Shown: one piece after another, positions 8,270 through 17,558 of the stretch | Position numbering within the stretch: the first letter of the stretch is position 1 | How the letters are laid out: the number at the start of each line of letters is the position of its first letter | The notes under the pieces: model-generated | What the model was told of the DNA's origin: nothing | Seen by the model: only the letters and a program-made list of their open reading frames with translations | Databases searched by the model: none | Source of the DNA: an uncultured Gammaproteobacteria bacterium | GTDB taxonomy: Bacteria; Pseudomonadota; Gammaproteobacteria; CAZYIF01 | Assembly (NCBI GenBank): GCA_964646995.1 | Contig: CAZYIF010000001.1 | Span: 157,528-221,527, forward strand | Direction: 5' to 3' | DNA: 64,000 nt | Translations under genes and position numbers: made by a program

Positions 8270-11200
8270 TTATTCATTCAGTGACATCAAGCTGGCATTG
8301 CCTCCCGCGGCAGCGGTGTTGATGCTGAGTGTGCGTTCAGTGCATAAACGCGGCAAATAATGTGGCCCGCCGGCTTTGGGTCCGGTTCCCGATAGGCCTT
8401 CACCACCAAAGGGTTGTACGCCCACTACTGCACCTATCATATTACGATTGACGTAGGTGTTGCCCACGTGTAAGCGTTGTTGAATATAATCGATGGTTTC
8501 GTTAATGCGACTGTGTATCCCCAGGGTGAGACCATAACCGGTTGCATTGATTTCTTGTAAAATCTGCGGCAAGTGTTGTTGTTGGTAGCGCACTACGTGT
8601 AAAAACGGTCCGAAAATTTCGCCGCTGAGTTGGGTAATGCTTTTAATACTGAACGCACAAGGCGCGAAGAAAGTGCCGTGTTGGGTTTGTGCTTTATCTA
8701 GCTTGACTTGGTAAATGAGTTCGCCTTGTTCTTGCATGTCGATAAAGTGGCGCGTCAGCATCGTGTGCGCTGCTTGATCGATGACGGGTCCTATGTCAGT
8801 GGCCAAACACCCGGGATCTCCCACACGTAACTCAGCCATGGCGCCGCGCAGCATATGAATGATTTTAGTGGCAATGTCTTCTTGCAAAAAGAGTACGCGT
8901 AGTGCAGAGCAACGTTGTCCTGCGCTGCCGAAAGCAGAATGTAGTACATCGGTGACAACTTGTTCGGGTAGAGCAGAGGAATCCACTAGCATGGCATTTT
9001 GACCACCGGTTTCTGCGATGAATGGGATGATGGCACCTGGCCGATTCGCTAAGGTTTGGTTAATGTGTTTAGCAGTTTGTGTGGATCCAGTGAACATCAC
9101 GCCGGCGATGCGTGGGTCGGCCACTAAGGCATGCCCTATACTGTGGCCGCTGCCAGGCAGGTACTGTAGTACGGTGCGTGGAATTCCTGCGCTATGCAGT
9201 AGCTTGACCGCATGATATGCCGTGAGTGGTGTTTGTTCGGCTGGTTTTGCTAACACGGTGTTGCCCGCGGCTAGCGCTGCACTGACTTGACCGATGAAAA
9301 TGGCGAGTGGAAAATTCCACGGACTGATACACACAAACGCGCCGCGGCCATGCAATGAGAGTTGATTGTATTCGCCGGTTGCGCCTTGCAGGACTTGTGT
9401 GCTGAGCTGTGTTCGTGCTTGTTGCGCGTAGTAGCGTAGGAAATCTACCGCTTCACGCATTTCAGCCACTGCGTCGGGAATGGTTTTTCCTGCTTCGCGT
9501 ATGATGACGGCGATGAATGCGGCAGCCTGTTGCTCGAGTAAATCCGCAGCAGTTTCTAAACACGCGGCACGTTGTTCCACCGGGGTAGAGGACCAGGCCG
9601 GGTACGCATTACAGGCGACAGAGACTGCTTCGCTGACATCGTCGATGGAGCTTACCGTGACGTGGCCGATAGTTTGGCGTCGATCATGGGGTTGGTACAG
9701 CGGTTGGTGGTGTTGCGAGAGTGTTTTGGCCTCGAGTAGTGGAGCGGCTTGCCACGCTGCGGGATCAGCGATGGTTGTTTCTAGCTGTTGTGCTAGTGTC
9801 AGCAGTACTGCGCGATCGGTGAGATCAATCCCCATCGCATTGCGGCGCGAGTCGCCGTAAATAGCATGGGGCAGCGGGATATGTGGGTGGCGCTTATCGG
9901 CGAGGGCCGCGGTGCTGGCAATGGGATCAGCAATCAGTTGCATAATCGGTTCTTTGGCATTGGCAATGCGGTTAACGAAAGAGGTATTCGCACCGTTCTC
10001 TAACAAGCGTCTGACCAAGTAGGGCAATAATTCTTTATAGCTACCAACCGGTGCGTAAATGCGGCAACTCACGGCTATGCCTTCAGCGCCTACGATATGA
10101 TCATATAGATTGTGTCCCATGCCATGTAAACATTGAAACTCCATGTCATTACGTCCTTGTGCCATTTCTAAAATAGCGGCTATGGTGTGGGCGTTGTGGG
10201 TGGCAAACTGTGGATAAAATGCATCGGTTGCTGTCAATATGCGTTTGGCGCAGGCCAGATAAGAGATATCCGTATTGGCTTTGCGCGTAAAGACAGAGTA
10301 GTCGGCGAGTCCGCGTTCTTGGCAGTATTTGATTTCACTGTCCCAATAAGCGCCTTTGACGAGACGTAACATAATGCGACGACGATAACGTTGTGCTAAT
10401 TCAATGAGCCAATCGATCACATAAGGCGCACGTTTTTGATAGGCTTGTACCGCGAGGCCTAGGCCGGGCCAATTGGCGAAGCAGGGTTCGGCAAAGAGCG
10501 CAGCGAATAGGTCCAGCGAGAGTTCGAGGCGAGTACTTTCTTCTGCGTCAATGGTGAGACCTATATTATGTCGTTGTGCTTGCTGTGCGAGTTCGCTGAG
10601 ACGCGGCGTGAGTTCTTGCAGGACTCTATCGCGTTGTGCGAATTCATAACGTGGATGCAGTGCTGACAGTTTGATGGAAATACTCGGGGCATCGAAGACT
10701 TGACGTTGTTGGTGGTGCCCGCCGATTTGTTGTATAGCGTCTAAGTAAGCCTGGAAATAGGTGTTTGCATCATCCTGTGTGTAAGCCGCTTCACCCAGCA
10801 TGTCGTAGGAGTAACGAAAGCCTTTATTCTCGTAATGCGTGGAGCGCTTTAGTGCCTGTGTGATGGTCGCTCCCATGACAAATTGCTGGCTGAGTACATG
10901 CATGGCTTGTTGTACACATTTGCGAATGATGGGTTCACCGCTGCGCTGAATCATTTTTTTAAAGATGTTATTGATGTGTAGCGCATGTTGTTGGTTTTCG
11001 TTATGTGACAACACCTTGCCGGTTAGCATGAGCGCCCAGCTTGCCGTATTTACCCACAATGAGTCACTTTGATTTAGTCGCGCTTGCCAATCGGCGGCAG
11101 TAATTTTGTCTCGAATCAGCCGGTTAATGGTTTGCGTATCAGGTATACGTAAAAATGCTTCGGCTAAACACATGAGTGCAATGCCTTCGTCGCTGGACAG

Positions 11201-11428
11201 GTCGTATTCGTGTAGCAGCGCATCTAAGCCATTTTTGTTGAGTTGCTCCGCACGTATTTTGCTGACAATTTGATGGGCGAAATCTTGTATTCTATGGAGG
11301 GTGTCAGTATCCAATGACGCGAGCTCTTGGATGAGCAGGGTCATGCAGGTATTTTCATCTGCGTGGTAAGCGGCGTTGATCGCCGCACGTTTCTCATCGT
11401 GTTTCTCCAAAGGGGTATTAAATAGCAT
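8270..11428 (-). CDS. putA: Bifunctional proline dehydrogenase / 1-pyrroline-5-carboxylate dehydrogenase PutA
   Basis: About 1050 aa. A proline dehydrogenase TIM-barrel region and a C-terminal aldehyde dehydrogenase domain (..FGGEGLSGTGPKAGGPHYL). Likely start MLFNTPLEKHDE; the track start 11497 is TTG. Confidence 0.9.
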   Translation of the reverse strand: MLFNTPLEKHDEKRAAINAAYHADENTCMTLLIQELASLDTDTLHRIQDFAHQIVSKIRAEQLNKNGLDALLHEYDLSSDEGIALMCLAEAFLRIPDTQTINRLIRDKITAADWQARLNQSDSLWVNTASWALMLTGKVLSHNENQQHALHINNIFKKMIQRSGEPIIRKCVQQAMHVLSQQFVMGATITQALKRSTHYENKGFRYSYDMLGEAAYTQDDANTYFQAYLDAIQQIGGHHQQRQVFDAPSISIKLSALHPRYEFAQRDRVLQELTPRLSELAQQAQRHNIGLTIDAEESTRLELSLDLFAALFAEPCFANWPGLGLAVQAYQKRAPYVIDWLIELAQRYRRRIMLRLVKGAYWDSEIKYCQERGLADYSVFTRKANTDISYLACAKRILTATDAFYPQFATHNAHTIAAILEMAQGRNDMEFQCLHGMGHNLYDHIVGAEGIAVSCRIYAPVGSYKELLPYLVRRLLENGANTSFVNRIANAKEPIMQLIADPIASTAALADKRHPHIPLPHAIYGDSRRNAMGIDLTDRAVLLTLAQQLETTIADPAAWQAAPLLEAKTLSQHHQPLYQPHDRRQTIGHVTVSSIDDVSEAVSVACNAYPAWSSTPVEQRAACLETAADLLEQQAAAFIAVIIREAGKTIPDAVAEMREAVDFLRYYAQQARTQLSTQVLQGATGEYNQLSLHGRGAFVCISPWNFPLAIFIGQVSAALAAGNTVLAKPAEQTPLTAYHAVKLLHSAGIPRTVLQYLPGSGHSIGHALVADPRIAGVMFTGSTQTAKHINQTLANRPGAIIPFIAETGGQNAMLVDSSALPEQVVTDVLHSAFGSAGQRCSALRVLFLQEDIATKIIHMLRGAMAELRVGDPGCLATDIGPVIDQAAHTMLTRHFIDMQEQGELIYQVKLDKAQTQHGTFFAPCAFSIKSITQLSGEIFGPFLHVVRYQQQHLPQILQEINATGYGLTLGIHSRINETIDYIQQRLHVGNTYVNRNMIGAVVGVQPFGGEGLSGTGPKAGGPHYLPRLCTERTLSINTAAAGGNASLMSLNE

Positions 11429-11789
11429 AGTGGTTTCTCTCATTCTAGGATGTATAACAGATAGATGCATGGTACATGTTGTGTGAATAGTGCGCAACTT
11501 AATTTGTAGTAAGACGAACGGTTTCTTGTGTTCCTCATTGTTTTTTGTTTTGTAAAAGTGTCGTAGTTGTATAACGCTAGCGAATGAGTGGTATGGGTCG
11601 TTACATCAGTTGCCTGAGCCGCGATGTGTAAATTGAAAACAAGGCAGTGCTCGCTTGTACTGTTGTGCTTTAGCTGTTGCTACAAAACATTGTGTCAGTT
11701 ACCTGATATGCGGCGCTCAAAATAGCGAACACAGCAACACGCAAGTTTGGTGCTTAATGCAGGGGTTCATATTGGTGTGAGGATAAGGA

Positions 11790-11822
11790 GCAAGGATCGT
11801 CGCATCATGCGGTGATCCTTGC
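11790..11822. terminator. Stem-loop GCAAGGATC-N15-GATCCTTGC immediately downstream of the histone-like gene
   Basis: 9-bp perfect inverted repeat seen directly. No strong T-run, so intrinsic-terminator status is uncertain. Confidence 0.35.
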
Positions 11823-11834
11823 TGTAAAGGCTAA

Positions 11835-12257
11835 CTACTTTTTAGCAGCAGTTTTACGTGTGGTAGCTGCTTTTTTCTTGACGGTAGTTTTACGCTTAGT
11901 AACAGCGACTGCGCGTTTCGCAGTGGGCTTTTTCGCTGCTGTTTTCTTCTTTACCGCCACTTTACGCTTGGCAACAACTTTACGTGTTGCACTTGCTTCA
12001 GAAGCAGTGGCGCCAGCTGCAGCGACTTTACGCTTTACTGGGGCCTTCTTGGCAGCAACAGCTGTTTTCTTCTTGGCTGTCGTCTTGCGTTTAGCTACCG
12101 TGGCTTTTACCTTGGTAGTCGCTGCCTTCGCGGTAGCGGTCTTGCGTTTAACTACAGCGGCTTTCACCTTAGTAGTTGCTGTTTTTGCTGCAGTAGTCTT
12201 GCGTTTAGCAACGGTTTTTTTCGCCGTACGCTTTGTCGCAGTTTTCCTTTGAGCCAT
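11835..12257 (-). CDS. Lys/Ala-rich histone H1-like nucleoid protein (AlgP / BpH1 / Hc1-like repeats)
   Basis: MAQRKTATKRTAKKTVAKRKTTAAKTATTKVKA..., with KRKT.AKK..T repeats encoded by about 60-bp nucleotide tandem repeats. GGAGAG RBS. The track ORF to 12506 includes a non-coding leader. Confidence 0.75.
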   Translation of the reverse strand: MAQRKTATKRTAKKTVAKRKTTAAKTATTKVKAAVVKRKTATAKAATTKVKATVAKRKTTAKKKTAVAAKKAPVKRKVAAAGATASEASATRKVVAKRKVAVKKKTAAKKPTAKRAVAVTKRKTTVKKKAATTRKTAAKK

Positions 12258-12600
12258 GTTTATTCTCTCCTTAAGGCTGTAATGTATATACACACCGGGC
12301 AATAATAACTGGTTCAAGATGAAATTGCACATTTTTATTAAGTGATTTTTAAAAAAGGTATAATTTTTTGTGAACGGCGTTGTAATGGTTAGCAAATATC
12401 CGCGATTGTCTGTGTTGTTATGTTGTTTTGACCTTGGTATTGCATTGTTAACACAAGCACACACAGTGCAGTTTGTTGTGAGTACGTGTTGGTATACCGT
12501 TAGCAAATGAGTTAGGTGCTATAGCAGCCATAGAACGGCATTCGTCACGATTCAGCATGTTGCTGAAGCGTAGTTACCGGCATTTATGAGCGCTACGTCG

Positions 12601-12663
12601 CACATGAGTCAGTTCATTAATTCTGGCATCACCCCTAAAATTCATTCGCTAGCGGTATATGAG
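12601..12663. repeat. Repeat family D module (..ttggcatcacccctaaaattcattcgctagcggtata)
   Basis: Recurs at 38060, 58817, 62100 and 33846, and inverted at 3181 and 11572; it ends in the half-palindrome GCTAGCGGTATA. Confidence 0.65.
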
Positions 12664-12678
12664 AAACAAAGTGCATTT

Positions 12679-12838
12679 GTAACTATTCAGCAAATTTGAG
12701 GATGCTGTTTATTTGCAAGATAAAAATATCTGTTTTCTCTACGCGATGGGGATTCTCCCCTTGAGCGCCGTAAAGCCCAGTTTTACTGGGTAGGCGTCAA
12801 ATCAAGGGTAACTATTCAGCATTTTGCGGAATAGTTAC
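12679..12838. repeat. MITE/REP-like repeat family B, copy 1
   Basis: gtaactattcagcaaa...cgcgatggggattctcccc..agcgccgt.aagcccagttttactgggtaggcgtcaaatcaagggtaactattcagca..ttgcggaatagttac; other copies at 26478, 33641, 47275, 49863 and 60923. Confidence 0.75.
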
Positions 12839-12970
12839 GTACATTTTTATTTGAAGTAGGCATTGTTAGCGAGATCAGATCAACTTATCATGCGACTGTT
12901 GTTAACAAGTTAGAGACTTGCAATGGGATAAGAGAGTGTTAATTAATCGTGCAAAATAGGGATATATGCA

Positions 12971-13861
12971 ATGGAAAATAGAGAAGACGGTGAGTTGTTT
13001 CACTCGGCAGAAGCAGAAATAAAAGCGGATAAAACTGTACAAAACACGGCGCAAACATTATCTCCTAGCTATCGTTTAGCATTTACAGATACTGATTTTT
13101 TGTTGCGGCGTTCACTACGATCGGTGCGTTTACAATTAGAATTGCTTAAGCCGGAAATACTGCAGCAAGATTTTGGTATCATGTCTACCATTGTGGTTTT
13201 CGGTAGTGCACGTATCATCACACCCGATGCGGCGCATGCACAATTAACTAAGGCAGAAGCAAGTTGTCAGCAACAACCTGCAGATAAGCACGCGCAGCAA
13301 CAGCGGAAGCAAGCACAACATGCCGTGCAGATGAGTCAGTATTACGTGCATGCGCGCGAGTTTGCTAAACAAGCATCACAGGCCTCTTTAGCGAATAACA
13401 CCGGAAAATTAATGGATGTGATCGTGACGGGGGGGGGGCCTGGCATCATGGAGGCGGCTAACCGTGGCGCACATGATGCACAAGCTAAAACGATAGGATT
13501 GACCGTTGTGTTACCTAAAGAAGAGGGGCCCAATCCCTACGTGACACCAGAACTGGCGTTTAGGTTTCATTATTTTGCTGTGCGCAAAATGCATTTCCTC
13601 ATGCGTGCACGCGCGATCGTTGTGTTTCCAGGCGGTTATGGGACGCTTGATGAGTTATTTGAAGTATTAACCCTACTGCAAACCCAAAAGATTAATCCGC
13701 TACCCATTTTACTTTTTGGCAAAGTGTTTTGGGATCGGGTTGTGAATTTCCAAGCGTTAGTTGACGATGGCATGATTAGTGTGGATGACTTGGAGTTGTT
13801 CCATTACGTAGAAACTGCCGAACAAGCATGGCAGTACATTAATGCATTTTATACCACGTAA
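12971..13861 (+). CDS. LOG-family (TIGR00730) Rossmann-fold nucleotide-binding protein, putative (cytokinin) nucleotide 5'-monophosphate phosphoribohydrolase
   Basis: STIVVFGSARI ... VTGGGPGIMEAANRGA ... FPGGYGTLDELFEVLTLLQTQKI motifs, with a Q-rich insertion of about 50 aa between the first two motifs. Confidence 0.8.
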   Translation: MENREDGELFHSAEAEIKADKTVQNTAQTLSPSYRLAFTDTDFLLRRSLRSVRLQLELLKPEILQQDFGIMSTIVVFGSARIITPDAAHAQLTKAEASCQQQPADKHAQQQRKQAQHAVQMSQYYVHAREFAKQASQASLANNTGKLMDVIVTGGGPGIMEAANRGAHDAQAKTIGLTVVLPKEEGPNPYVTPELAFRFHYFAVRKMHFLMRARAIVVFPGGYGTLDELFEVLTLLQTQKINPLPILLFGKVFWDRVVNFQALVDDGMISVDDLELFHYVETAEQAWQYINAFYTT

Positions 13862-13960
13862 CGCCGCATACCCTAACGGGCATAACACAGAAAAATTATT
13901 CGCTTTGCGTATAGGCATACGCTAAGATAAAAAGTCTCGGCGCACCTAGGGAGTACAGTT

Positions 13961-14704
13961 ATGTTGAATGGTCGTTTTCTTTGCTATGTCGTCATGGGGT
14001 TGTTGGCGTTGATGGCAGTGGGACAAGCAGCACAGAATTCAACGGATCCTTACGAAACATTTAATCGGCATGTGTATGCGATGAACAAAACACTAGACGA
14101 TGTTATCTTAAAACCGGCTACGACTATATATAAGGGTGTTTTGCCGTGGCCGGTACGTACCGGTGTGAGTCATGCCTTCAGCAATTTAAATGAATTACCC
14201 TCTTTCGCTAATCATGTGTTGCAGGGCAATGCCGATCATGCATCGCTTACCTTCTTTCGCTTTGTCATTAATAGCACAATTGGATTGCTGGGCTTTTTTG
14301 ATGTGGCTTCGCACATGGGCTTAGTGCGGCATGAAGAAGATTTCGGTATGACGTTGGTGCATTGGGGAGATACAAACTCGCCTTTCGTTGTCGTGCCTTT
14401 TTTAGGACCCAGTACCGTGCGTGATGCAGTGGGTATGCCATTTGATCTCTTAGTCTTTGGTGTCTATACGCATATTAATTCAGTCGCATTGCGCAATGGA
14501 TTATTGTTAGGAAAGGCAATTGATAAGCGTGCTACCTTGTTAGGTATGGAAGGTCTGGTGACGCAAGCCGCCTTGGATCCCTATGTGTTTGAACGCAACG
14601 CATATTTACAGCATCGGCAAGAAATGATTTTACGCAGTCAGGGTGTACAACCTACCAATGATACCTTCGTAGAACCCGTGCCCGATCCCTTTGAAGCAGA
14701 ATAA
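13961..14704 (+). CDS. mlaA: Outer-membrane lipid asymmetry lipoprotein MlaA (VacJ)
   Basis: DPYETFNRHVYAMNKTLDDVILKPA..YKGVLPWPVRTGVSHAFSNLNELPSFANHVLQGN.. is the MlaA signature. N-terminal signal peptide. Confidence 0.85.
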   Translation: MLNGRFLCYVVMGLLALMAVGQAAQNSTDPYETFNRHVYAMNKTLDDVILKPATTIYKGVLPWPVRTGVSHAFSNLNELPSFANHVLQGNADHASLTFFRFVINSTIGLLGFFDVASHMGLVRHEEDFGMTLVHWGDTNSPFVVVPFLGPSTVRDAVGMPFDLLVFGVYTHINSVALRNGLLLGKAIDKRATLLGMEGLVTQAALDPYVFERNAYLQHRQEMILRSQGVQPTNDTFVEPVPDPFEAE

Positions 14705-14717
14705 GACATAGCCTGTT

Positions 14718-15197
14718 ATGCTGCATGTAGTGCTTTATCAACCAGAAATACCGCCCAATACTGGCAATATCATCCGGTTATGCGCGAATACAGGCATGAA
14801 TTTGCATCTTATTGAACCCTTGGGCTTCACCTTAGACGACAAGCGCATGCAACGTGCTGGGTTGGATTATCATGAATTTGCGACATTGCAGGTGCATGAA
14901 AATTTCACCTCGTTCTTGATGACGGTAAAACCGCCGCGTCTTTGGGCCGCAACCACGCGGGGACGTGTTGTGCATACACAGGTAGCGTACCAAGCAGGTG
15001 ACGCATTGTTATTTGGACCCGAAACGCGAGGATTACCGCGTGTGTTGTTGCAAGAATTGGGTATCTCTCATTGGATTCGTCTGCCTATGTGTGAGCACAG
15101 TCGCAGTTTAAACCTGTCTAATGCGGTTGCTGTGGTTGTGTATGAGGCGTGGCGGCAGTTGCATTTTGCGGGCAGTGTGGATACTGCTAGCGAATGA
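14718..15197 (+). CDS. trmL: tRNA (cytidine(34)-2'-O)-methyltransferase TrmL (SpoU class)
   Basis: [21 protein letters not shown] ... [19 protein letters not shown], near-identical motif set to E. coli TrmL. Confidence 0.85.
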   Translation: MLHVVLYQPEIPPNTGNIIRLCANTGMNLHLIEPLGFTLDDKRMQRAGLDYHEFATLQVHENFTSFLMTVKPPRLWAATTRGRVVHTQVAYQAGDALLFGPETRGLPRVLLQELGISHWIRLPMCEHSRSLNLSNAVAVVVYEAWRQLHFAGSVDTASE

Positions 15198-15205
15198 ATC
15201 CTGAA

Positions 15206-16216
15206 TCATTCCTCGTTATTGGCTCTGGTCATTAATGCAGACAGTCCCTCTTGCGGTGAAATTTGTGTGGAGAGCACACGATAGATTTGCGTGATGATTG
15301 GCATATCCACGTTGTGGTGTTGCGCCAAATGGTAAATCTCTTGACTATTGCGTAGCCCCTCTACGACTTGCCCTACTGTAGCTAACGCAGTGGCTATGTC
15401 AGCGCCTTGCCCCAGTGCTAAACCAAAACGGCGATTACGTGATTGGTTATCGCAACACGTTAGAATCAAATCACCGAGGCCGGCTAAGCCAATGAGCGTT
15501 TCGTAATTTGCACCGATGGCTTCACCCAAGCGGATCATTTCGGCAAGACCACGCGTGATGAGTGCGGCACGTGCGTTGGCTCCTAGACCCAAGCCTTCGC
15601 CTATACCGGCAGCAATGGCCAATACATTTTTCACTGCACCGCCGATTTGCACACCAATCAGATCTTGATTGAGGTAAATACGGAATTGCGGGTTTTGCAG
15701 TAGGTGCTGTAAATTTTTCCCAAGCGCGAGATCGGTGGTTGCGATAGTCACTGCGGTGATCATGTCGTGCGCGACTTCTTTAGCAAATGAAGGACCCGAT
15801 AAAATAGCAAGAGGATGTTGCTCTCCGAGTATGTCGCTAATGACACGATTCAATAGCTGGCCGGTATGCGGTTCCAGTCCTTTACTGGCAAGGCATATAC
15901 TTTGTGTGCTGGAAAGCACGGGGCGCAAACGTTCTACCGTGGGACGAATGGCATCGCTAGGCGTTGCGAGGAATAGACTATCCGCGTTTGCGACAGCGTG
16001 TTCCAGGACGGATGTCACCACAATATTTGTGGGTAAGATAACATTAGCGAGGTAGGGTGAGCGCCGCGAACTGGCCAATTGCGCGGTGCTTGCTTGATCG
16101 TGCCCCCACAGGTTAACGCGATTGCCGTTACGTTGCAGTAACAGGGCCAACGCGGTGCCCCAGGAACCTGTTCCTAATACAGCGATGAGGGGTGGCGGTG
16201 TGTGTGTCATTGTCAA
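15206..16216 (-). CDS. gpsA: NAD(P)H-dependent glycerol-3-phosphate dehydrogenase GpsA
   Basis: IAVLGTGSWGTALALLL Rossmann motif; GpsA length; synteny with secB and grxC. Confidence 0.9.
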   Translation of the reverse strand: MTMTHTPPPLIAVLGTGSWGTALALLLQRNGNRVNLWGHDQASTAQLASSRRSPYLANVILPTNIVVTSVLEHAVANADSLFLATPSDAIRPTVERLRPVLSSTQSICLASKGLEPHTGQLLNRVISDILGEQHPLAILSGPSFAKEVAHDMITAVTIATTDLALGKNLQHLLQNPQFRIYLNQDLIGVQIGGAVKNVLAIAAGIGEGLGLGANARAALITRGLAEMIRLGEAIGANYETLIGLAGLGDLILTCCDNQSRNRRFGLALGQGADIATALATVGQVVEGLRNSQEIYHLAQHHNVDMPIITQIYRVLSTQISPQEGLSALMTRANNEE

Positions 16217-16224
16217 TGGATGGG

Positions 16225-16719
16225 TTAGTTAATGGTATCGGATTCAGACAGTTGAGGTTGCTGCTGTTGTCTCATGTGCTCTGCATACAATGCATCAAAA
16301 TTTACTGGCGCTAAAATAAGTTGTGGGAAGCTACCGCGTGTTACCACATCGGTGACCACTTCACGCAGATAAGGAAAAAGTATACTGGGACAAACACTAT
16401 TAATGAGTACTTTTTGTTGTTCGTCGCTGAATTGGCTGATGGTAAAAATACCGGCATATTTAGTTTCCACTAAAAAAGCCGTTTTTTCTGTGGAGGTGAC
16501 CGTGATAGTCGCGGAGAGAACGACTTCATACAAATGCCCTTCGATGTGGGTAGAAGACGTATGTAGTTGCAAGTTCATGTTGGGTTGCCATTGCTGTTTG
16601 AAGACAGCGGGTGTAGCGGGCGCTTCAAACGATAAATCCTTGAGATAAACGCGCTCGATCGTGAACGTTCTTTCTTCTGAGCCTATGCCGTTACTGCTGG
16701 ATGGTTGTTCTGTGGTCAT
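16225..16719 (-). CDS. secB: Protein-export chaperone SecB
   Basis: FTIERVYLKDLSFEAP...LVETKYAGIF..SVCPSILFPYLREVV are SecB hallmarks. Confidence 0.9.
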   Translation of the reverse strand: MTTEQPSSSNGIGSEERTFTIERVYLKDLSFEAPATPAVFKQQWQPNMNLQLHTSSTHIEGHLYEVVLSATITVTSTEKTAFLVETKYAGIFTISQFSDEQQKVLINSVCPSILFPYLREVVTDVVTRGSFPQLILAPVNFDALYAEHMRQQQQPQLSESDTIN

Positions 16720-16729
16720 GCGTATTCCT

Positions 16730-16999
16730 TTAAGTATTGTCGTTCGTGAGTAAGGCGTCCAGTTTACCTGCTTGCTCTAATGCATACAAATCATCAAAAC
16801 CGCCCACGTGATAGTCGCCGATGAAAATTTGCGGAACTGAGCGCCGTTGTTGGCTGCGTAGGAGCATTTCCTCGAGTTTCCCGCGTTCTTTATCGATACG
16901 TATTTCGGTAAAAGGTACACCTTTGTTTGTCAACAGTTGTTTTGCGCGATCGCAGTAGGGGCAGATCCCCGTGCTATAGATGGTGACAGATGGCGCCAT
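16730..16999 (-). CDS. grxC: Glutaredoxin 3
   Basis: VTIYSTGICPYCDRAKQLL (CPYC active site); 89 aa. Confidence 0.85.
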   Translation of the reverse strand: MAPSVTIYSTGICPYCDRAKQLLTNKGVPFTEIRIDKERGKLEEMLLRSQQRRSVPQIFIGDYHVGGFDDLYALEQAGKLDALLTNDNT

Positions 17000-17000
17000 A

Positions 17001-17489
17001 TTATTTTTTCCCCTTTACGACAGGTAGCTTGGCTTGACGCCAGGTGGTCATGCCTTCTTGCAGCGTAGCAACTTGGGTAAAACCTTGTTTATAGAGCTTG
17101 CTAGCCAGAGTTGCTGATTGTTGTCCATTCGCACAGACTAGGATGACGGGCTGCGTTTTGTATTTTTCCAGTGATGGCAGTTGGTCTAGTACCTGTTGTT
17201 GTGGAATGTGGATAGCATGCAGGATGTGCCCTTGTTGGTAGGGCGTCATATCACGAATGTCGATGAGTACACCGTTCTGGTGATTCAGCAACAGCATGAC
17301 GTCTTGTGCGGAAAGACGTTGTACGCCGCCTCGCTTGCTTTTATATTCTAGCGAGATGATTAAGCTTACTATTGCAAGCAATGCAACGCTGAGTTCCCAG
17401 TGTTTGAGGAAAAAAGTGATGTAGTCTTCCACGGTTTTTATGCTGTCCTTCTTTTGCAGGAGCGCAGTATACACTGGGTTAATGTGCAA
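17001..17489 (-). CDS. Rhodanese-domain inner-membrane protein (YibN-like)
   Basis: N-terminal TM helix plus rhodanese fold (..VLIDIRDMTPYQQGHILHAIHIP..ILVCANGQQS..). Position yibN-grxC-secB-gpsA as in E. coli. Confidence 0.75.
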   Translation of the reverse strand: MHINPVYTALLQKKDSIKTVEDYITFFLKHWELSVALLAIVSLIISLEYKSKRGGVQRLSAQDVMLLLNHQNGVLIDIRDMTPYQQGHILHAIHIPQQQVLDQLPSLEKYKTQPVILVCANGQQSATLASKLYKQGFTQVATLQEGMTTWRQAKLPVVKGKK

Positions 17490-17558
17490 ACGAAACTGGT
17501 CAGCCGACTATTTTCTGCTAGAATCGCAGCTGATGCGTTAAGCGGGTGGACAAATTTG

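Noticed and set aside
9480..9860. Multiple 60-130-aa ORFs inside putA, valS, pepA, ftsH and glmM (for example 9480..9860, 31466..31858, 40435..40863, 43305..43730)
   Set aside because: These are alternate-frame or antisense ORFs within long, well-supported genes, typical of roughly 50% GC DNA.
11860..12240. Tandem about 60-bp repeats, considered as a possible CRISPR array
   Set aside because: The repeats are in-frame coding repeats of the histone-like protein. There are no unique spacers and no cas genes.
11812..12252. 146-aa ORF on the + strand (11812..12252)
   Set aside because: It is the exact antisense of the K/A-rich histone-like gene; its long hydrophobic 'protein' is an artefact of GC-rich Ala/Lys codon repeats.
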